Positions 11,354 to 21,369 are shown, counted from the stretch's first letter. The stretch: DNA of 41,357 nt from Lachnospiraceae bacterium UBA1066 (GCA_002316215.1 DCDB01000107.1:1-41357), one strand, 5' to 3'. The notes: generated by a model from the letters alone, not told the origin. Translations and numbers: made by a program.

Positions 11354-11382
11354 TTGACCTTTTGCCTTTGAGCCGATATAAT
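11354..11382 (+). promoter_or_regulatory. Sigma-A type promoter for tgt
   Basis: TTGACC-17 nt-TATAAT. Confidence 0.7.
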
Positions 11383-11395
11383 AAGGCACAGGCTA

Positions 11396-11445
11396 GTCAG
11401 ACGGTTTTTCCTGCTGGGAGGAAACTTTTTGAACTTTTACGCCTG
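11396..11445 (+). repeat. Diverged copy of the 50-bp palindromic dispersed repeat
   Basis: GTCAGACGGTTTTTCCTGCTGGGAGGAAACTTTTTGAACTTTTACGCCTG matches 41138-41187 at 42 of 51 columns by hand. Confidence 0.8.
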
Positions 11446-11545
11446 CACAATAAAATATTTTGAAATGTACTGATGACGGGGCGCCGCGAAAGATACTATT
11501 AACGTATGATAAAAAGACAGTACAATTCAGAAAGACGGAGAGTGT

Positions 11546-12682
11546 ATGTACGAGGTATTAAAGAGGGAGGGCAGGGCAAAAAGAGCCAGGCTTACGACAG
11601 TTCACGGAGTGATTGAAACTCCGGTTTTTATGAATGTCGGAACGGTCGCTGCAATAAAAGGAGGAATCTCTTCGCCTGAGCTGCATGATCTGAAGACTCA
11701 GGTGGAATTATGCAATACGTATCATCTGCATGTGCGTCCGGGCGATGATGTTGTCCGGAAGATGGGCGGTCTCAGGGAATTTATGCGCTGGGACGGACCG
11801 GTACTTACGGATTCAGGCGGTTTTCAGGTCTTTTCCCTTGCAGAGCTGCGGAAGATTAAAGAAGAGGGGGTGACGTTCCGCTCGCATATTGACGGACATG
11901 AAATCTTCATGGGGCCGGAAGAGAGCATGCAGATCCAGTCGAATCTCGCCTCTACAATTGCTATGGCCTTTGACGAGTGCCCGAATGCACTCTCCGAACG
12001 TTCTTATATAGAAGCTTCTGCGGCACGCACCACACGCTGGCTTGCAAGATGTAAGCAGGAGATGAAACGGCTGAATGAACTTCCCCGGACCCTGAATAAA
12101 AACCAGCTTCTTTTTGGTATCAACCAGGGAGCGATTTTTGACGACATAAGAAAAAGCCAGGCCAGAGACATTGCGGAGATGGATCTGGACGGTTATGCCG
12201 TCGGGGGCCTTGCTGTAGGTGAAACCCATGAGCAGATGTATCATGTTCTCGAAGAGGTTGTACCGGTTCTTCCTTCCGATAAGCCGACTTATCTTATGGG
12301 AGTCGGTACGCCTGCCAATATTCTGGAAGGCGTCGAACGCGGCATCGATTTTTTCGACTGCGTTTATCCAAGCCGGAACGGAAGGCACGGCCATGTCTAC
12401 ACAAATCACGGGCATTTAAACCTGTTCAATGCGGCTTATGAGCTTGACGGGCGTCCGATCGATGAAGACTGCGGCTGTCCCGTTTGCAGAAATTTTTCCA
12501 GGGCCTATTTGAGGCATCTCCTGAAAGCGAAGGAAATACTGGGCCTAAGGCTCTGCGTCATGCACAATCTCTGGTTCTATAACACCATGATGGAAGAAAT
12601 CAGGGCTGCTCTGGAAGCCGGTAATTTTACCGCTTATAAAGCAGAAAAGCTTGAAATGCTCAGGGAAAATGAAAAACTGTGA
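11546..12682 (+). CDS. tgt: tRNA-guanine(34) transglycosylase
   Basis: TPVFMNVGT, LTDSGGFQ, FDEC, GGLAVGE, YLMGVG, DFFDCV, zinc motif CGCPVC...H. Confidence 0.97.
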   Translation: MYEVLKREGRAKRARLTTVHGVIETPVFMNVGTVAAIKGGISSPELHDLKTQVELCNTYHLHVRPGDDVVRKMGGLREFMRWDGPVLTDSGGFQVFSLAELRKIKEEGVTFRSHIDGHEIFMGPEESMQIQSNLASTIAMAFDECPNALSERSYIEASAARTTRWLARCKQEMKRLNELPRTLNKNQLLFGINQGAIFDDIRKSQARDIAEMDLDGYAVGGLAVGETHEQMYHVLEEVVPVLPSDKPTYLMGVGTPANILEGVERGIDFFDCVYPSRNGRHGHVYTNHGHLNLFNAAYELDGRPIDEDCGCPVCRNFSRAYLRHLLKAKEILGLRLCVMHNLWFYNTMMEEIRAALEAGNFTAYKAEKLEMLRENEKL

Positions 12683-12766
12683 ATTTCACTTGCGCATAAA
12701 GATGAAAGTGTGTATCATGTCATTATTGACGTTTCAGAAATAATTCGGCAATACGGGAGGTAAAAT

Positions 12767-13156
12767 ATGAATTTAATGTTTGCAACATCTACTGCATCGT
12801 CATCTTCTTCAGGTCTCGGCATGGGAACAATGATTATCTGGATCGCAGCAATGGTCCTCTTAATGTATTTTCTTATGATCCGTCCGCAGAAAAAAGAACA
12901 GAAGAGAGTTACCGCCATGCTTTCTGATATGGCTGTAGGAGACAGCGTTGTAACGACCGGGGGCTTTTACGGCGTCATTCTGGACATTACGGATGACGAT
13001 GTTATTGTGGAGTTCGGAAACAATAAAAACTGCAGGATTCCAATGAGAAAGAGCGCTATCGCCGAAGTTGAAAAAGCTCAGACGGCGGCTTCTGCGCCTG
13101 CAGCCGCGGAAGATGATAAGGGAACCGATTCCAAGGATAAAAAAGCGTCAAAATAA
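12767..13156 (+). CDS. yajC: Preprotein translocase subunit YajC
   Basis: Single TM then YFLMIRPQKK, GDSVVTTGG. Downstream of tgt with GGAGG SD. Confidence 0.93.
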   Translation: MNLMFATSTASSSSSGLGMGTMIIWIAAMVLLMYFLMIRPQKKEQKRVTAMLSDMAVGDSVVTTGGFYGVILDITDDDVIVEFGNNKNCRIPMRKSAIAEVEKAQTAASAPAAAEDDKGTDSKDKKASK

Positions 13157-13182
13157 AATGCGCGGAGGCTTGTACTCCGTAT

Positions 13183-13213
13183 GGAAGACGGTCAATCGGC
13201 CGTCTTCCTTTTT
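13183..13213 (+). terminator. Intrinsic terminator after yajC
   Basis: GGAAGACGGTC-AATC-GGCCGTCTTCC followed by TTTTT. Confidence 0.85.
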
Positions 13214-13230
13214 ATAAGACGTCCTGACTG

Positions 13231-13259
13231 TTGAAAAAACACAGTTTTTGCGTTATATT
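13231..13259 (+). promoter_or_regulatory. Sigma-A type promoter for leuB-ilvD-ilvB
   Basis: TTGAAA-17 nt-TATATT directly after the yajC terminator. Confidence 0.55.
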
Positions 13260-13309
13260 ATTTCTATTGTGTTTAAATAAAGCGGTAAAGTACTAAAGTG
13301 AGGTGTATT

Positions 13310-14392
13310 ATGGAGTACAAAATAGCATTGATAGCGGGAGACGGCATCGGCCCTGAGATCGTTAAAGAAGCGCAAAAAGTGCTGGATGCCTGTGCGGAAA
13401 AATACGGCTATAAATTTCTTTATACCAAAGTTCTTCTCGGCGGAGCATCTATCGATGCCTGCGGGGTACCGCTTACGGAAGAAGCCATACAAAAGTGCAA
13501 GGCATCGGATGCTGTCCTCATGGGCTCAATCGGCGGCGATGCAGAAACATCACCGTGGTATCGCCTTCCGCCCGAAAAGCGTCCGGAAGCGGGACTTCTC
13601 GGTATCCGGAAAGCTCTCGGCCTTTTTGCAAATCTCCGGCCCGCATATTTATATCAGGAGCTGAAAGATGCTTCCCCTTTAAAAACTTCCATTATTAAAG
13701 ACGGTTTTGATATCATGATGGTAAGGGAACTGACCGGCGGTCTGTATTTTGGCGAAAGAAAGACATTTGAAAAAGACGGGCTGAAGACTGCGGTCGATAC
13801 CCTGACTTATAATGAAAATGAAATACGCCGCGTTTCCGTTAAAGCTTTTGACATAGCCATGAAACGAAAAAAACATCTGACCCTGGTTGATAAAGCCAAT
13901 GTCCTGGATTCTTCAAGGCTCTGGCGCAGCATCGTCACCGAAGTCGCTGAAAACTATCCTGAGGTACGGTTTGACACAATGCTGGTGGACAACACAGCCA
14001 TGCAGCTCGTAAAGGATCCGGGACAATTCGATGTCATTCTGACGGAAAATATGTTCGGGGATATCCTTTCAGACGAGGCCAGCATGATTACAGGTTCCAT
14101 AGGAATGCTTTCGTCGGCCTCGTTAAACGAAACTAAATTCGGGCTCTATGAACCGAGCGGCGGATCCGCTCCGGATATTGCGGGAAAAGGAATCGCCAAT
14201 CCGATTGCAACAATCCTTTCGGCCGCTATGCTTCTCCGTTACAGCCTTGATCTTGACGAAGCGGCGGATGCTATTGAAAATGCAGTACGAAAAACACTTG
14301 CCGACGGTTTCCGTACCGGGGACATCATGTCGGATGGATGCATCAAAGTCAATACCTCCGAAATGGGCGACAGGATTGCAGAACGCCTTTAA
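13310..14392 (+). CDS. leuB: 3-isopropylmalate dehydrogenase
   Basis: GDGIGPE, ANLRP, VRELTGGLYFG, VDKANVL, NMFGDILSDEAS, GSAPDIAG. Start set to ATG 13310 behind GAGGTG SD. Confidence 0.95.
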   Translation: MEYKIALIAGDGIGPEIVKEAQKVLDACAEKYGYKFLYTKVLLGGASIDACGVPLTEEAIQKCKASDAVLMGSIGGDAETSPWYRLPPEKRPEAGLLGIRKALGLFANLRPAYLYQELKDASPLKTSIIKDGFDIMMVRELTGGLYFGERKTFEKDGLKTAVDTLTYNENEIRRVSVKAFDIAMKRKKHLTLVDKANVLDSSRLWRSIVTEVAENYPEVRFDTMLVDNTAMQLVKDPGQFDVILTENMFGDILSDEASMITGSIGMLSSASLNETKFGLYEPSGGSAPDIAGKGIANPIATILSAAMLLRYSLDLDEAADAIENAVRKTLADGFRTGDIMSDGCIKVNTSEMGDRIAERL

Positions 14393-14543
14393 AACAAGCT
14401 GAACAAATACAGGCCTTTTGGATGGATTAAGCAGAATCAGTCGGGCCGAACAGAGCAATCCGGATGAAACGAGCCGAAAACAAGACGGATTTAGCAAGCA
14501 AATCAAAAGCCTTAAAATCGTAAAAGAGGAGGATCAGATTATT

Positions 14544-16226
14544 ATGAGAAGCGATAATGCAAAAAAAGGTCTGCAGCAGGCGCCCCACAGATCTTTGTGG
14601 AATGCACTGGGCGTGACAAAGGAAGAACTTGACAAACCCCTTGTCGCTGTTGTCAGCAGCTGGAATGAAATCGTTCCCGGCCATATGAACCTGGACAAAA
14701 TAGCGGAGGCTGTAAAACTCGGCGTTGCTGAAGCCGGTGGTTTTCCTGTCATTTTTCCGGCCATTGCCGTATGCGACGGCATCGCGATGGGACATACCGG
14801 GATGAAGTACAGCCTGGTAACGCGCGATCTGATTGCAGATTCAACAGAAGCCATGATTATGGCGCATCAGTTTGACGCCATGGTCTGCATCCCGAACTGC
14901 GACAAAAATGTCCCGGGGCTTCTTATGGCTGCTGCAAGGCTGAACATCCCGACGGTTTTCGTCAGCGGCGGACCGATGCTTCCGGGTCACGTAGGCGGAA
15001 AGAGAACCAGTCTTTCCAGCATTTTTGAGGCAGTCGGCAAATATGAGGCCGGTACAATCGATGATGCAGGACTTGAAGAATTTGAAGAATACGGATGTCC
15101 CACCTGCGGTTCCTGCTCGGGCATGTATACGGCAAACAGCATGAACTGCCTGACGGAAGCCATCGGCATGGGCCTTAGGGGCAACGGCACAATCCCGGCT
15201 GTTTACTCCGCGAGGATACGTCTTGCAAAGCATGCAGGAAATCAGGTCATGGAGCTTTACCGTAAGAATATTCGGCCGAGGGATATCATAACCGAAGCTT
15301 CAATAAAAAATGCCCTGACAGTCGATATGGCACTCGGCTGTTCCACGAATACCATGCTCCATCTTCCGGCTATTGCCCATGAAATCGGCATGGAACTCGA
15401 TATGCGCATGGCTAACGAATATTCGGCAAAGACACCGAATCTCTGCCATCTGGCTCCTGCAGGGCCGACTTATATGGACGAACTCAATGAAGCAGGCGGT
15501 GTCTATGCCGTTATGAATGAGCTTTCCAAGAAGAATCTTCTTGATCTTTCCTGCATGACGGCCACCGGAAAGACCGTAGGCGAGAATATAAAGAATGCCG
15601 TCGATATGAATCCTGAAGTCATCCGTCCCGTCACAAACCCATATTCCGAAAGCGGCGGACTTGCCGTTCTTTCCGGGAATATTGCGCCTGAAGGAGGCGT
15701 AGTGAAGCAAAGCGCCGTGGCACCGGAGATGCTGGTTCATGAAGGACCGGCCCGCGTTTTCGATTCAGAGGACGACGCGATAAAGGCCATACTCGGGAAA
15801 GAGATCCATGAAGGAGATGTCGTCGTCATCCGCTATGAAGGTCCTAAAGGAGGACCGGGTATGCGCGAAATGCTGAATCCGACATCAGCCATTGCCGGAA
15901 TGGGACTTGGCTCAAGCGTCGCGCTTATTACAGACGGCAGGTTCAGCGGAGCCTCCAGAGGAGCTTCCATAGGTCATATATCGCCTGAAGCGGCTGTCGG
16001 AGGACCGATTGCGCTTATAGAAGAAGGAGATCAGATAAAAATCGATATACCGGCAAAATCCATAAACCTTCTTGTAAGCGACGAGACGCTTGAAAAGAGA
16101 AAGGCTGCCTGGAAACCCAGAGAGCCTAAAATAACGAACGGCTATCTTGCGCGCTATGCGTCAATGGTTACGTCAGGAAGCCGCGGAGCAGTGCTCAAGG
16201 TTCCCGGAAAACCGGAACTATCTTAA
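14544..16226 (+). CDS. ilvD: Dihydroxy-acid dehydratase
   Basis: [47 protein letters not shown]. Start set to ATG 14544 behind GAGGAGG. Confidence 0.96.
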   Translation: MRSDNAKKGLQQAPHRSLWNALGVTKEELDKPLVAVVSSWNEIVPGHMNLDKIAEAVKLGVAEAGGFPVIFPAIAVCDGIAMGHTGMKYSLVTRDLIADSTEAMIMAHQFDAMVCIPNCDKNVPGLLMAAARLNIPTVFVSGGPMLPGHVGGKRTSLSSIFEAVGKYEAGTIDDAGLEEFEEYGCPTCGSCSGMYTANSMNCLTEAIGMGLRGNGTIPAVYSARIRLAKHAGNQVMELYRKNIRPRDIITEASIKNALTVDMALGCSTNTMLHLPAIAHEIGMELDMRMANEYSAKTPNLCHLAPAGPTYMDELNEAGGVYAVMNELSKKNLLDLSCMTATGKTVGENIKNAVDMNPEVIRPVTNPYSESGGLAVLSGNIAPEGGVVKQSAVAPEMLVHEGPARVFDSEDDAIKAILGKEIHEGDVVVIRYEGPKGGPGMREMLNPTSAIAGMGLGSSVALITDGRFSGASRGASIGHISPEAAVGGPIALIEEGDQIKIDIPAKSINLLVSDETLEKRKAAWKPREPKITNGYLARYASMVTSGSRGAVLKVPGKPELS

Positions 16227-16246
16227 ATGCCACGAGGAGAAAAATT

Positions 16247-17920
16247 ATGAAAATGAACGGTTCAGAAATCGTTATTGCCTGTCTTAAGGAGCAGGGCGTC
16301 GACACGGTGTTCGGCTATCCCGGCGGAACAATTCTAAATATTTACGATGCACTCTATAAGCACAAGGAAATAAAGCATATTCTCACATCGCATGAGCAGG
16401 GCGCGGCGCATGCGGCAGACGGATATGCGCGTGCTACCGGCAAAGTAGGCGTCTGCATGGCCACCTCGGGTCCCGGGGCTACCAACCTTGTCACGGGGAT
16501 AGCGACAGCCTACATGGACTCTGTTCCGATTGTTGCTTTTACCTGCAATGTCGGCATTTCACTTCTCGGGAAAGACAGTTTCCAGGAAGTTGATATTGCC
16601 GGAATTACAATGCCGATCACAAAATACAGCGTCATCGTTAAGGATGTAAATGATCTTGCCGATACGATCCGGAAAGCGTTCAGAGTCGCAAAAAGCGGAC
16701 GTCCGGGTCCCGTCCTTGTTGATATCACCAAAGATGTTACGTCGAATGAGGCTGAATTTACGCCCGAAGTGCCGGAAGCAATCCTGCCGCGTACAGATAC
16801 CATCAAAGAAGAAGATCTTAAGAAAGCTGCCGGGATGATCAACGCTGCCAGGAAGCCGGTGCTTTTCGTCGGAGGAGGTGCCGTCATAGCCGGTGCTTCG
16901 AAACTCATTTATGAACTGGCTCACAAGGCAGGCATCCCTGTCTGCGATACACTCATGGGAAAGGGAGCTTTCCCCGGAACAGACAGCCTTTATATGGGCA
17001 TGCTCGGAATGCACGGCACGAAAACAAGCAACCGTGCTGTCAGTAAATGCGATCTTTTAATTGCCGCAGGGACGCGCTTTTCGGACCGTGATACAGGAAA
17101 AACCAGTACCTTTGCATCTAATGCAAAGAAAGTCCAGTTTGATATCGATCCTGCCGAGATAAATAAAAATGTAATTGTCGACTGCAGCGTTGTCGGAGAT
17201 CTTTCCGAAAGCCTGAAGCGCATCCTTCCGATGATAAATGAAGAGAAGCATACGGAATGGAACAGTGAAGTCGAGGCTTCGAAGGAAAAATTCCCTCTGA
17301 AATATGACGGGGATGCCCTGACCGGTCCGTATATCATCGAAGAACTTTATAAGGCCACAAACGGCGATGCCATTATCGTAACCGATGTCGGCCAGCATCA
17401 GATGTGGGCCGCTCAATATTACAAGTATAAGAATCCAAGGACGTTCCTTACCTCCGGCGGCCTCGGAACAATGGGCTACGGGCTTGGCGCTGCGATCGGG
17501 GCAAAAACGGCGTTCCCGGATAAAACCGTTGTCAACATCGGCGGTGACGGCTGTTTCCGTATGAATATGAATGAAATCATCACAGCGGTACGGAGCGGGA
17601 CCAATGTCATTGAAATCGTGATGAATAACCATGTTCTCGGAATGGTGAGGCAGTGGCAGCATCTTTTCTACGGGGAAAGATATTCACATACAATCCTGGA
17701 CGACGGCCTTGATTTTGTCAAGCTGGCAGAGGCCATGGGAGCTCTGGGACTTAGGATAACGAAGAAAGAGGAAACGGACGAAGTCCTGAAAAAGGCACTT
17801 GCTGCCGGACGTCCGGTCGTGATTGACTGCCAGATTGATAAAGACGAGATGGTTTTCCCGATGTCACCTGCAGGAAAACCGATTGAAGACGCATTTGACC
17901 AGGATGATATTCAGCTTTAA
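16247..17920 (+). CDS. ilvB: Acetolactate synthase large subunit
   Basis: FGYPGG, HEQGAAHAADGYAR, TSGPGATN, DVGQHQMW, ThDP motif GDGCFRMN...NN. Confidence 0.95.
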   Translation: MKMNGSEIVIACLKEQGVDTVFGYPGGTILNIYDALYKHKEIKHILTSHEQGAAHAADGYARATGKVGVCMATSGPGATNLVTGIATAYMDSVPIVAFTCNVGISLLGKDSFQEVDIAGITMPITKYSVIVKDVNDLADTIRKAFRVAKSGRPGPVLVDITKDVTSNEAEFTPEVPEAILPRTDTIKEEDLKKAAGMINAARKPVLFVGGGAVIAGASKLIYELAHKAGIPVCDTLMGKGAFPGTDSLYMGMLGMHGTKTSNRAVSKCDLLIAAGTRFSDRDTGKTSTFASNAKKVQFDIDPAEINKNVIVDCSVVGDLSESLKRILPMINEEKHTEWNSEVEASKEKFPLKYDGDALTGPYIIEELYKATNGDAIIVTDVGQHQMWAAQYYKYKNPRTFLTSGGLGTMGYGLGAAIGAKTAFPDKTVVNIGGDGCFRMNMNEIITAVRSGTNVIEIVMNNHVLGMVRQWQHLFYGERYSHTILDDGLDFVKLAEAMGALGLRITKKEETDEVLKKALAAGRPVVIDCQIDKDEMVFPMSPAGKPIEDAFDQDDIQL

Positions 17921-17985
17921 TGGCGGTACTGATCTGCTTTCATTTGAGGCGGATCTGAAAAAATATAAAATACGAGGAGAAAAAA

Positions 17986-19146
17986 ATGTTTACTTACAGC
18001 TGCTTAAATCCAATTGCATCAGTCGGAACAGAGAATTTTACAGAGAATTATAAAAAGATTGATACAAATGACGCGGATGCCATTCTCGTCCGGAGCGCAT
18101 CAATGAAGGAGATGGAATTTTCCGAAAATCTCAAAACGATTGCCAGAGCCGGTGCAGGCGTCAATAATATTCCTCTTGATAAATGTTCGGAACAGGGAAT
18201 TGTTGTTTTCAATACGCCGGGCGCCAATGCAAACGGAGTAAAAGAGCTGGTAATCGCCGGCATGCTTCTGGCCTCCCGCGACATTGTCGGAGGAATTGAG
18301 TGGCTTGAACGCCAGGAAAATACGGCGGATCTTGCAAAAGTAGTTGAAAAGCAGAAGAAGCAGTTTGCCGGAAATGAAATCAGCGGCAAGAAACTCGGTA
18401 TCATCGGACTTGGCGCCATCGGCGTCATGGTTGCCAATGCCGCAACACATCTTGGAATGGAAGTTTACGGCTATGATCCGTATATTTCCGTTAATGCAGC
18501 CTGGAACCTTTCAAGGACAATTAAGCACGTAACAGATCTTAATGAAATTTATCAGGACTGTGATTACATTACCGTCCATGTTCCCCTTACAGATGAGACA
18601 CGGGGAATGATCGGTAAAGAAGCTATTGGGAAAATGAAAGACGGGGTCGTGATTCTCAATTTCGCAAGAGATCCGCTTGTCGATGAAAAGGCTCTGATTG
18701 ACGGACTGGAATCCGGTAAGATAAAGAAATATGTTACCGACTTCGTAACTCCGGCTGTAGCAAATGCAAAGAATACACTGGTAACGCCGCATCTTGGCGC
18801 CTCCACCGAAGAGTCCGAAGATAATTGCGCCGTTATGGCGGTCAAAGAAGTCATGGATTTTCTTGAAAACGGCAATATTAAGAATTCCGTCAATTATCCG
18901 GCCTGCGATATGGGCGAATGCCAGTCGGAAGGCAGGATTGCCATCAACCATAAGAATGTCCCGAATATGATTGCCCAGTTTACGAAAGTACTCGGCGATG
19001 CCAACGTGAACATTACAGACTTTGCAAATAAGAGCCGCGGAAATTATGCCTACAGCATCATGGATACCGATACCAATGTAAGTGAAGACGTTGCCAGACA
19101 GCTTATGGCCATCGACGGCGTCCTCAAAGTAAGAATTATAAAGTGA
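17986..19146 (+). CDS. serA: D-3-phosphoglycerate dehydrogenase (short ACT-containing type)
   Basis: ARAGAGVNNI, NTPGANAN, Rossmann GLGAIG, LNFAR, TPHLGAST, C-terminal ACT domain. Confidence 0.9.
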   Translation: MFTYSCLNPIASVGTENFTENYKKIDTNDADAILVRSASMKEMEFSENLKTIARAGAGVNNIPLDKCSEQGIVVFNTPGANANGVKELVIAGMLLASRDIVGGIEWLERQENTADLAKVVEKQKKQFAGNEISGKKLGIIGLGAIGVMVANAATHLGMEVYGYDPYISVNAAWNLSRTIKHVTDLNEIYQDCDYITVHVPLTDETRGMIGKEAIGKMKDGVVILNFARDPLVDEKALIDGLESGKIKKYVTDFVTPAVANAKNTLVTPHLGASTEESEDNCAVMAVKEVMDFLENGNIKNSVNYPACDMGECQSEGRIAINHKNVPNMIAQFTKVLGDANVNITDFANKSRGNYAYSIMDTDTNVSEDVARQLMAIDGVLKVRIIK

Positions 19147-19154
19147 CATAATGT

Positions 19155-19224
19155 AAGCGTCAAAAGTCAAAAGTTATTCCTGAAGGCAGGTGACTTTTGA
19201 CTTTTGGCGTACGAAGACATGAGG
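19155..19224 (-). repeat. Inverted-orientation copy of the dispersed palindromic element; long hairpin between serA and glgB-like gene
   Basis: AAGCGTCAAAAGTCAAAA is identical to the reverse complement of the end of the 50-bp unit, and similarity runs on to ACATGAGG. Forms a 20-bp stem 19157-19176 / 19191-19210 with G-T pairs plus inner CCTG/CAGG. Confidence 0.85.
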
Positions 19225-19257
19225 TGGTTTTCTTCATCTTAAGAAACGGAGGGTCAG

Positions 19258-21369
19258 ATGAAAGACAAAGCATATGATTACATGGATTGGCCCGGAATAG
19301 AGGGCATATTGTATTCGGATGAAAAAAATCCGAAAAAAGTGCTTTCCCCCAGGCAGGTCAAAGAGGGCGTTATCTACCAATGCTTTGTGCCGGGAGCAAA
19401 AAAAGCAGTCCTGAAGCTTAAGGAAACAAACAGGGAATATCCTATGCAGGCGGAAGATGCTGCAGGATATTTTGCCTGTCTGGTTCCGGGGAAGAAGGTT
19501 CTGCCCCATACTTTTATTGTTGACGAGGCTGAAACAGGCGATCCTTACGCTTTTGCCAATCAGATCACTCAGGAAGAAGAAAGCCGCTTTGATGCAGGAA
19601 TCTGCTATGACATTTACAAAAAGCTCGGCGCGCATCCGGAGGAAATAGACGGTGAAAAGGGTATCTTTTTTGCTCTGTGGGCACCGAATGCTATCCGGGC
19701 CAGCGTGGTGGGTGATTTTAATTCCTGGGACGGCCGGCGCTATCCTATGGAATACCATGAAGATTCCGGTATTTATGAACTTTTTATACCGGAACTAACT
19801 GCCGGTATTAAGTACAAATTTGAAATGAAACTTGCGACCGGACTTACCTATACCCGTCCGGATCCCTATGGAAACCAGTTCCTCCCGGAAGAAAACTGCG
19901 CTTCCTGCGCTGCGGATCTTTCTTATCACTGGCATGACCGTCCTTATTTGACAGAACGGAGGAAGAATACAGATTTTTCGGATAAACCGATGTCAATATT
20001 CGAATGCAGCCTTTCTGCTTTCGGGACTTTTTCCGAAGGCGAGGTAAGAGACTACCGGACACTGGCGGATAAAATCACGGCTTATGCCTCCGAAATGGGA
20101 TATACGCATATTGAACTTATGCCGGTCATGGAGTATCCGGACGAGAAATCGAACGGCTACCAGACCGCCGGCTATTTTGCGCCTACGTCGCGTTTTGGGA
20201 AACCGGCGGATTTCAAATATTTTATTGATCATGCCCATATGGCGGGACTGGGCGTTCTGCTTGACTGGACGCCTGCACAGTTTTCATCCGATCCGGACTG
20301 GCTTGCTTTCTTTGACGGCACCTGTCTTTATGAGCACCTCGATCCCAGGCAGGGAATCCATCCTATGTGGGGCAGCCGGCTGTATAATTACGGAAGGCCT
20401 CAGGTACGGAATTTTCTCATTTCAAATGCGATTTTCTGGATGAAGGAATACCATGCAGACGGGCTTCGGATGGACGGCTGCTCTTCGATGCTGCGCCTCG
20501 ATTACGGACGTGCAAACGGAGAATGGATACCGAATATTTACGGTTCTTATGAAAACCTGGACGGAATTGAATTTTTGAAGCATCTGAATTCTGTATTTAA
20601 GAAGAATTTTCCGGAAGGCATTCTTATAATGGAAGAGGATGTCGACTGGCCGGATACGACCGGGGCGCTGGATGACGGTCACCTGGGCTTCGACTTTAAA
20701 TGGAATCTTCATTTTACGCAGGATATGCTGCATTATCTTTCGATGACTCCGGAGGAACGGGTTAAGAGTCATGAAATTCTTATGCTCGGCATGCTTCACC
20801 ATTATCTGGAGCATTACATTATCAGCCTTTCCCGCGGCATCGGAATGTTTGACGGCGAAAAACTGAGAGCAGATGTTTACGGAAGCAAGCCTGAGAAAGA
20901 TGCTTCTTTAAGATGCGCCTATGCCTACCTTTTTGCGCATCCCGGAAAAAAGCTGCTTACGGACCGTGAAACTTTTTCTGACGGCTTTTTCAGTGTCCTT
21001 TTGGGACTTTATAAAAATGAAAAAGCTTTTTATGAGCTTGACTACGATGAATCAGGATTCGAATGGATTAATATGACGGATGACGTCAACTGTGTCCTGA
21101 CTTTTATGAGAAAAGCAGGCGATCCGAAAGATATTATCATCGCCGCCTGCAATTTTTCCGAAAAAAAGTTTGACCGCTATTGCATCGGAGTCCCTTTTGA
21201 GGGAAAATATAAAGAGATTTTTAATACGGATGGAGCGGGATACGGCGGAAGCGGTTTTGTTAATCCGCGCGCCAGGATTTCCGCAAAGCAGGAATGCGAT
21301 GAGCGGGAAAACAGCATTGCAATCAGGCTTGCTCCGCTGTCTGTCTCGTTTTTTAAGTATCAGCATTAA
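19258..21369 (+). CDS. GH13 1,4-alpha-glucan branching enzyme-like protein (divergent, possibly non-catalytic)
   Basis: GlgB architecture (FALWAPNA..SVVGDFNSWDG, GYTHIELMPV, DGLRMDG, HPGKKL), but region I His and region IV His-Asp are replaced. Confidence 0.85.
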   Translation: MKDKAYDYMDWPGIEGILYSDEKNPKKVLSPRQVKEGVIYQCFVPGAKKAVLKLKETNREYPMQAEDAAGYFACLVPGKKVLPHTFIVDEAETGDPYAFANQITQEEESRFDAGICYDIYKKLGAHPEEIDGEKGIFFALWAPNAIRASVVGDFNSWDGRRYPMEYHEDSGIYELFIPELTAGIKYKFEMKLATGLTYTRPDPYGNQFLPEENCASCAADLSYHWHDRPYLTERRKNTDFSDKPMSIFECSLSAFGTFSEGEVRDYRTLADKITAYASEMGYTHIELMPVMEYPDEKSNGYQTAGYFAPTSRFGKPADFKYFIDHAHMAGLGVLLDWTPAQFSSDPDWLAFFDGTCLYEHLDPRQGIHPMWGSRLYNYGRPQVRNFLISNAIFWMKEYHADGLRMDGCSSMLRLDYGRANGEWIPNIYGSYENLDGIEFLKHLNSVFKKNFPEGILIMEEDVDWPDTTGALDDGHLGFDFKWNLHFTQDMLHYLSMTPEERVKSHEILMLGMLHHYLEHYIISLSRGIGMFDGEKLRADVYGSKPEKDASLRCAYAYLFAHPGKKLLTDRETFSDGFFSVLLGLYKNEKAFYELDYDESGFEWINMTDDVNCVLTFMRKAGDPKDIIIAACNFSEKKFDRYCIGVPFEGKYKEIFNTDGAGYGGSGFVNPRARISAKQECDERENSIAIRLAPLSVSFFKYQH

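Noticed and set aside
11390-11545. preQ1 riboswitch upstream of tgt
   Set aside because: No recognisable preQ1-I stem-loop with A-rich tail; the structured part is explained by the dispersed repeat. An Rfam scan would settle it.
14393-14520. Possible degenerate repeats between leuB and ilvD (GAGCCGAAAACAA resembles the smc array core)
   Set aside because: No consistent period and only a short match.
14418-14543. N-terminal extension of IlvD (likewise Mrp 24338, TrmD 34101, LeuB 13298)
   Set aside because: Downstream starts have clear SD sequences and match where family homology begins.
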